Shown here: positions 60,312 to 64,000 of the stretch, piece by piece | Numbering within the stretch: position 1 is the stretch's first letter | How the letters are laid out: every line of letters starts with the position of its first letter | NCBI GenBank assembly: GCA_028712705.1 | Contig: JAQTPP010000002.1 | Span: 43,180-107,179, forward strand | DNA: 64,000 bases | From: Candidatus Daviesbacteria bacterium | GTDB lineage: Bacteria > Patescibacteriota > Microgenomatia > Daviesbacterales > UBA10151 | Direction of reading: 5' to 3' | The notes under the pieces: generated by a model | Seen by the model: the letters and a program-made list of their open reading frames with translations, nothing else | The model's database searches: none | Told to the model about the DNA's origin: nothing | Made by a program: the position numbers and the translations under genes

Positions 60312-60884
60312 CTATTTAACTGCAATAGATATTAATTTTTCGTGATACTCCGGCTTTTTTGAAGAATCAACTCCATATAAAACTACTTCAATAATATCAA
60401 ATACCCAATTGACTTTTTTTAGCCTGGTACTTAATTCCAAGAGAGAGGCTTTAAATGCTTCTTGAGCTTTTGGATCTCCTACCCAAGCCACAGTAACATG
60501 AGGATGAAATGGTAAGTTATTATCAGCAGCGCAGTAAATAGATAGACTTTTTGAAATTAACTTATTAAATTCCTGTAATTGCGGCGGATATTGAACATCT
60601 GAAAATAGTATTCTTGGCTTATCTTCTCCAAAATACCCAAAACCGCTAACCTTTAATTTAGTTCCTTTCAGTATTTCTAAATACTTTTTGACATCTTCTG
60701 CTATTCTTGACAAAGCGGATTGAGATTGTTTATCTAAATAACAAACGGTGATATGAGGAGTTTTAGGGTGGGTTGTTTTAAATAAAGGACTGATTTGAGA
60801 AATATCGGTCTGTAAGTCTTCAAAATCTTGTTGATACTTCTGAGGCAGGGGGATTCCAATAAAATATGAACTATAATCTTTCAT
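60312..60884 (-). CDS. 2H phosphoesterase (2'-5' RNA ligase family)
   Basis: Two HxT motifs, PHITV and PHVTV. Confidence 0.85.
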   Translation of the reverse strand: MKDYSSYFIGIPLPQKYQQDFEDLQTDISQISPLFKTTHPKTPHITVCYLDKQSQSALSRIAEDVKKYLEILKGTKLKVSGFGYFGEDKPRILFSDVQYPPQLQEFNKLISKSLSIYCAADNNLPFHPHVTVAWVGDPKAQEAFKASLLELSTRLKKVNWVFDIIEVVLYGVDSSKKPEYHEKLISIAVK

Positions 60885-60941
60885 GAAAGCAGTATATCAA
60901 ATTTTGACTTTTTGAGCTTATAGGTTTACAATCCGATTGTT

Positions 60942-61886
60942 ATGTCAGCTGAAGCACCGAAAAATACTGGTATAACTGCTCCTAATACACAGCAAGAACC
61001 ACAAGGCTGTCTTCCCGGATTTCTAAGAAGATTATTTGCAACTCCACAAGAAGTACAACAAATACCAAAAATTATACAGCCACCATCAGGCTTAGAAGGC
61101 TTTGCTGATCAGCTACAGCAAGGAATAGATGGATATTTTGCATCAGTAAGGCAGCAAGATTTAGAGAGAAGAAATGCTGAAGCTGCAAGGATGGCAAATA
61201 AGGCATTAGAAAAGATAAAGACTGAACAACTACAAAGAGACCGGCTGGAGCAAGAACAATCAAGAATTAGGGCAGCAGTCACAGAGGCATCTAAGACCTT
61301 ACAGGATTTCCAGATAGCCGAAAGATTGAGATATATACAAGATAAAATATGGGGAGGAAAAGGGAATATAGCAGCTGCAGAACCTGCATTTAATATTGAT
61401 GGAAGGTATAACCGCCTAGGCGGACTTAGGTTAGAATATGAATGCCCATATTACTACAGAACGGTAACAGAAGAATGGTCAGATGCAAAAAATTATGCTT
61501 CCCGAAAATATGAACGAAGGTGGAAGTATGCTTCAGCTACATTTGGAACATGTCTGAGTGTAGATGTATTAGCCTGTCGACAGGACTCCCAAGTGGAGGC
61601 AAGAAAGCTCCTTGAAGTATCAGCAATATATGATTATACATTTAGAGTAGGTGTAGGTCGTTTCCCTTTTGGGGGTGACACATTCTTAGGGAAAGTTACT
61701 ATCCCGATAGACCAACCAGATAGCAAAACCCTTTTAGGCGGGGCTTTAACTCAAGAAACAGTTCATAGAGTTGCTATTGGATGGATACCGTCGAAACTAG
61801 ATGAACAAGCACTGGAAGAACGGTCACGTCTCCCTCATTGGGAAAAATGGATTTATGTACCCCCAGTGTATTCAGGTGGTGACTAA
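60942..61886 (+). CDS. Hypothetical protein with N-terminal coiled coil
   Basis: 314-aa ORF behind TTGACT-17-TACAAT. Confidence 0.65.
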   Translation: MSAEAPKNTGITAPNTQQEPQGCLPGFLRRLFATPQEVQQIPKIIQPPSGLEGFADQLQQGIDGYFASVRQQDLERRNAEAARMANKALEKIKTEQLQRDRLEQEQSRIRAAVTEASKTLQDFQIAERLRYIQDKIWGGKGNIAAAEPAFNIDGRYNRLGGLRLEYECPYYYRTVTEEWSDAKNYASRKYERRWKYASATFGTCLSVDVLACRQDSQVEARKLLEVSAIYDYTFRVGVGRFPFGGDTFLGKVTIPIDQPDSKTLLGGALTQETVHRVAIGWIPSKLDEQALEERSRLPHWEKWIYVPPVYSGGD

Positions 61887-61901
61887 TATTTATTATTTTA
61901 A

Positions 61902-62235
61902 TTTGCGGCTTCCGCCGCCCCCGCAAAGTTAAGGTATAAAGACCCAAAAAGAGGGCAGCACCATTAGAAGGAATGTTAGGAATGTAGATAAAAATATAAT
62001 TGGGTGCTGCCCGATATACGCGAACCCGCCAAATTTTACTTCGGGATTTTAAAAGGGCGGGTGAGCCATCGGAATCAGTTGTGAGTGTCCCGTCTCGAGA
62101 CGGGACCGAACGGCATGGAAACAGAACAGGGTAAAAATTGCGGCGGGGGCGAAAGCGGAATACCCCCGCAACGGCAGGCGGTACTTCATAACCAATTTAA
62201 GGTAGTCAAGGAGCAGACCCTAAAGGGTCTCCGAT
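61902..62235. ncRNA. Candidate structured non-coding element
   Basis: Several long GC-rich stems in an ORF-free region; possible minus-strand promoter TTGATT..TG-n-TATAGA at ~62235-62262. Confidence 0.4.
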
Positions 62236-62381
62236 CTATAACAGAATAAATAAAGGAATCAATATAAAATAAAATTTCGCGGCTCCGCAGACGGGTTAGA
62301 TACTGTATGAGCAAAATTGAAACGTACCATATAGGCGAGTCGCCCCCTAGGGCGACCTCTCGCCCAAAAGCGGGGGTGCCG

Positions 62382-62575
62382 CCACAACTATTTGGGTGGG
62401 TGGGTTGCTAGGAGTATGTACCAGCTCCACAACTTACCACAACACCACAATTTGTGGGCTGCTGAAGCAGGTAACCACAATTGTGGTCCACAATAAATTA
62501 TTGTGGTGATTAGATTGTTACAACAGGCTAATTGTGGTACTTATAAAAATAATGCAACTTTGTAAATGGTTGTGG
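62382..62575. repeat. Array of 11 CCACAA/TTGTGG hexamers
   Basis: ccacaa at 62382, 62427, 62437, 62445, 62475, 62488; ttgtgg at 62452, 62481, 62501, 62532, 62570. Confidence 0.8.
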
Positions 62576-62878
62576 GAGTGGGACTAGTTGCCCGCGGATG
62601 GGTGGGGTGGGCAAGGGCAACATTTTCTGTTTCCCCCTTTCCCCTCCTGCGAAAATTTCCAAAAAAAAGATTAGTTTTAAGCCCCGATTGAATCGGGGTA
62701 AGCGAAGGCCGCCGAAGGCGGCCTGAGCGGAGCGAACCGATACGTCGGTGATTAGCAAGGCCGGCGATTAGCCGGCCGAAGCGTAACGATACGATGCGCC
62801 GATTAATAATTCCTGATAAAATAAGTCCGAGCGATATCATAGATCGCTACACTTCGGCTACGCTCAGTGCAGGCCTAT

Positions 62879-63190
62879 ATGGAACGATCAAAAGAATGGT
62901 TTGTATATATGCTTCTTTGCGATCAGAAAACTTTCTATATTGGTATTACCACTGAGTTAGTTAACAGATTTTCTCAACATAAAAACAAATTATCTAAAGC
63001 AACAGTAGAGTTTTCTGATCTAAAACTAGTTTATTGTGAAAAGTATCTATCGGAACATGAAGCTGCTCTTAGGGAGAAACAGCTTAAGGGATGGAGCCAT
63101 GCAAAGAAGCAAAAGTTAGTAGACGGGATTCTTGGTAGGAATGTATGTACTGAGTATGCAGAAGTTCTGCTAAAACGAGAGAACTTGTGA
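62879..63190 (+). CDS. Small GIY-YIG nuclease
   Basis: WFVYML..TFYIGIT..RFSQH..LVYCE..A.LREKQLKGWSHAKK. Confidence 0.92.
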   Translation: MERSKEWFVYMLLCDQKTFYIGITTELVNRFSQHKNKLSKATVEFSDLKLVYCEKYLSEHEAALREKQLKGWSHAKKQKLVDGILGRNVCTEYAEVLLKRENL

Positions 63191-63222
63191 GTTTACCCTG
63201 AACGAGCGAAGCGAGCTGAAGG

Positions 63223-63242
63223 GACTCCCGTACGCGGTACCA
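63223..63242 (+). repeat. 20-bp duplicate of the tRNA-Glu 3' end
   Basis: gactcccgtacgcggtacca is identical to 46924-46943; preceded by REP-like ccctgaacgagcgaagcgagctgaaggg. Confidence 0.9.
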
Positions 63243-63306
63243 TAATAAGAGTTTAGTTTGTTACAATAATCTAAACAAAGAATAATGGGTTTACATTGTT
63301 AAAACA

Positions 63307-64000
63307 TTATCTTGATTCAATTTCAGGCACCTTCCTATCGAAAGGCCAAAATTCCCCGTCGCCAAATCCTTTTCTATCCACCTCTGTGTAATCACTGCTA
63401 TGTCTAACATCAAGATAGTTCGAAGCAAGGGTTTGCATTATGACATCGGGGTTTAATTGTTTATCGCGCAGAACTATCGGACTAGTAGGACATCGAGTTA
63501 CTTCTGCGTACCTATACCCAAAAGAAAAACCATATTCCCCACGATCGACTATTCTTTTGGGATCCCCTTGAAGTTGCCAATATCCTAGCTGGTTATCCAT
63601 TATAGCTTTGTACTCAAATTTGAATTTTGGAGCACCGCGGATTATTAGCAATTGTCTTTCAACACTCCCGTCAATGTTAACAGATTGGAATTTATACCCT
63701 GTAGTAACATCCCAAGCTCCTCCTGGACTTACCCAACTACCAGAGCCGTATCCTTCTCTGACTGCGGATGTAGAATGAACGCTTGTGATATGACCTATAT
63801 TCCACACAAGTGAGATCCGACTTAATAAAGTTCCCTCTCCACATAAATATTTAGCACCATAACTGCCATCATATCTTTCAGCTTGCTCAAGGTAACAATG
63901 ATCAAAACTGGATGTTGATATTGAATAAGGAAATCTTTTCCACCAGAGGACATAGGCTCCACTAAGTTTATCCCCGTCAATTATTGCCTGCAGATATTCA
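63307..64000 (-). CDS. Hypothetical protein (5' end outside the window)
   Basis: The frame of the 63307-63807 ORF stays open to the window edge. Confidence 0.6.
   Translation of the reverse strand, partial: EYLQAIIDGDKLSGAYVLWWKRFPYSISTSSFDHCYLEQAERYDGSYGAKYLCGEGTLLSRISLVWNIGHITSVHSTSAVREGYGSGSWVSPGGAWDVTTGYKFQSVNIDGSVERQLLIIRGAPKFKFEYKAIMDNQLGYWQLQGDPKRIVDRGEYGFSFGYRYAEVTRCPTSPIVLRDKQLNPDVIMQTLASNYLDVRHSSDYTEVDRKGFGDGEFWPFDRKVPEIESR

Larger units (their letters stand above)
46939..62850. mobile_element. Integrative genomic island at tRNA-Glu (~15.9 kb)
   Basis: Integrase abuts the tRNA 3' end; both ends share a TAC core (46939-41, 62848-50) that is reproduced as a joined junction at 48918-20; defence-like cargo. 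Confidence 0.85.
48918..62850. repeat. 203-bp inverted repeat (arm B) flanking the cargo
   Basis: 48918-49120 versus 62648-62850, two mismatches seen (49102, 49104); rich in internal hairpins. Confidence 0.95.

Noticed and set aside
1358-61263. Numerous 60-150 aa ORFs nested in or antisense to well-supported genes
   Set aside because: No recognisable motifs; consistent with shadow ORFs
62382-62575. CCACAA array as chromosomal oriC or CRISPR
   Set aside because: The hexamers lack the full TTATCCACA DnaA consensus, lie inside an island, and show no repeat-spacer periodicity

Overview
Low-GC bacterial DNA. Gene content and style suggest a Patescibacteria/CPR genome, probably Microgenomates; this is an inference. 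The backbone carries murG-ftsQ-like-ftsA-ftsZ, cimA with an Ile-rich attenuator, ileS, rodA, rplU-rpmA-parB, lepB, trehalose and cell-envelope glycosylation genes, polX-lemA-htpX, gatCAB, dnaE, rplS and five tRNAs (Val, Gly, Thr, Asp, Glu). There are two accessory regions. The first is a LexA-like-controlled restriction-modification operon with inserted extra genes, next to tRNA-Val (14.1-20.6 kb). The second is a ~15.9 kb large-serine-recombinase island in tRNA-Glu (46939-62850) with defence-like cargo. The most unusual structure is inside this island: a complete, inverted second copy of its own attP-like junction (48840-49120). It is made of an 81-bp perfect inverted copy of the left end and a 203-bp near-perfect inverted copy of the right end, joined at a TAC core, and it encodes an alternative C-terminus for the recombinase. 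Other notable items: GIY-YIG genes bracketed by duplicated tRNA ends and REP-like palindromes, REP-like palindromes in-frame in core genes, apparently leaderless promoters, and a structured non-coding region with a CCACAA array.
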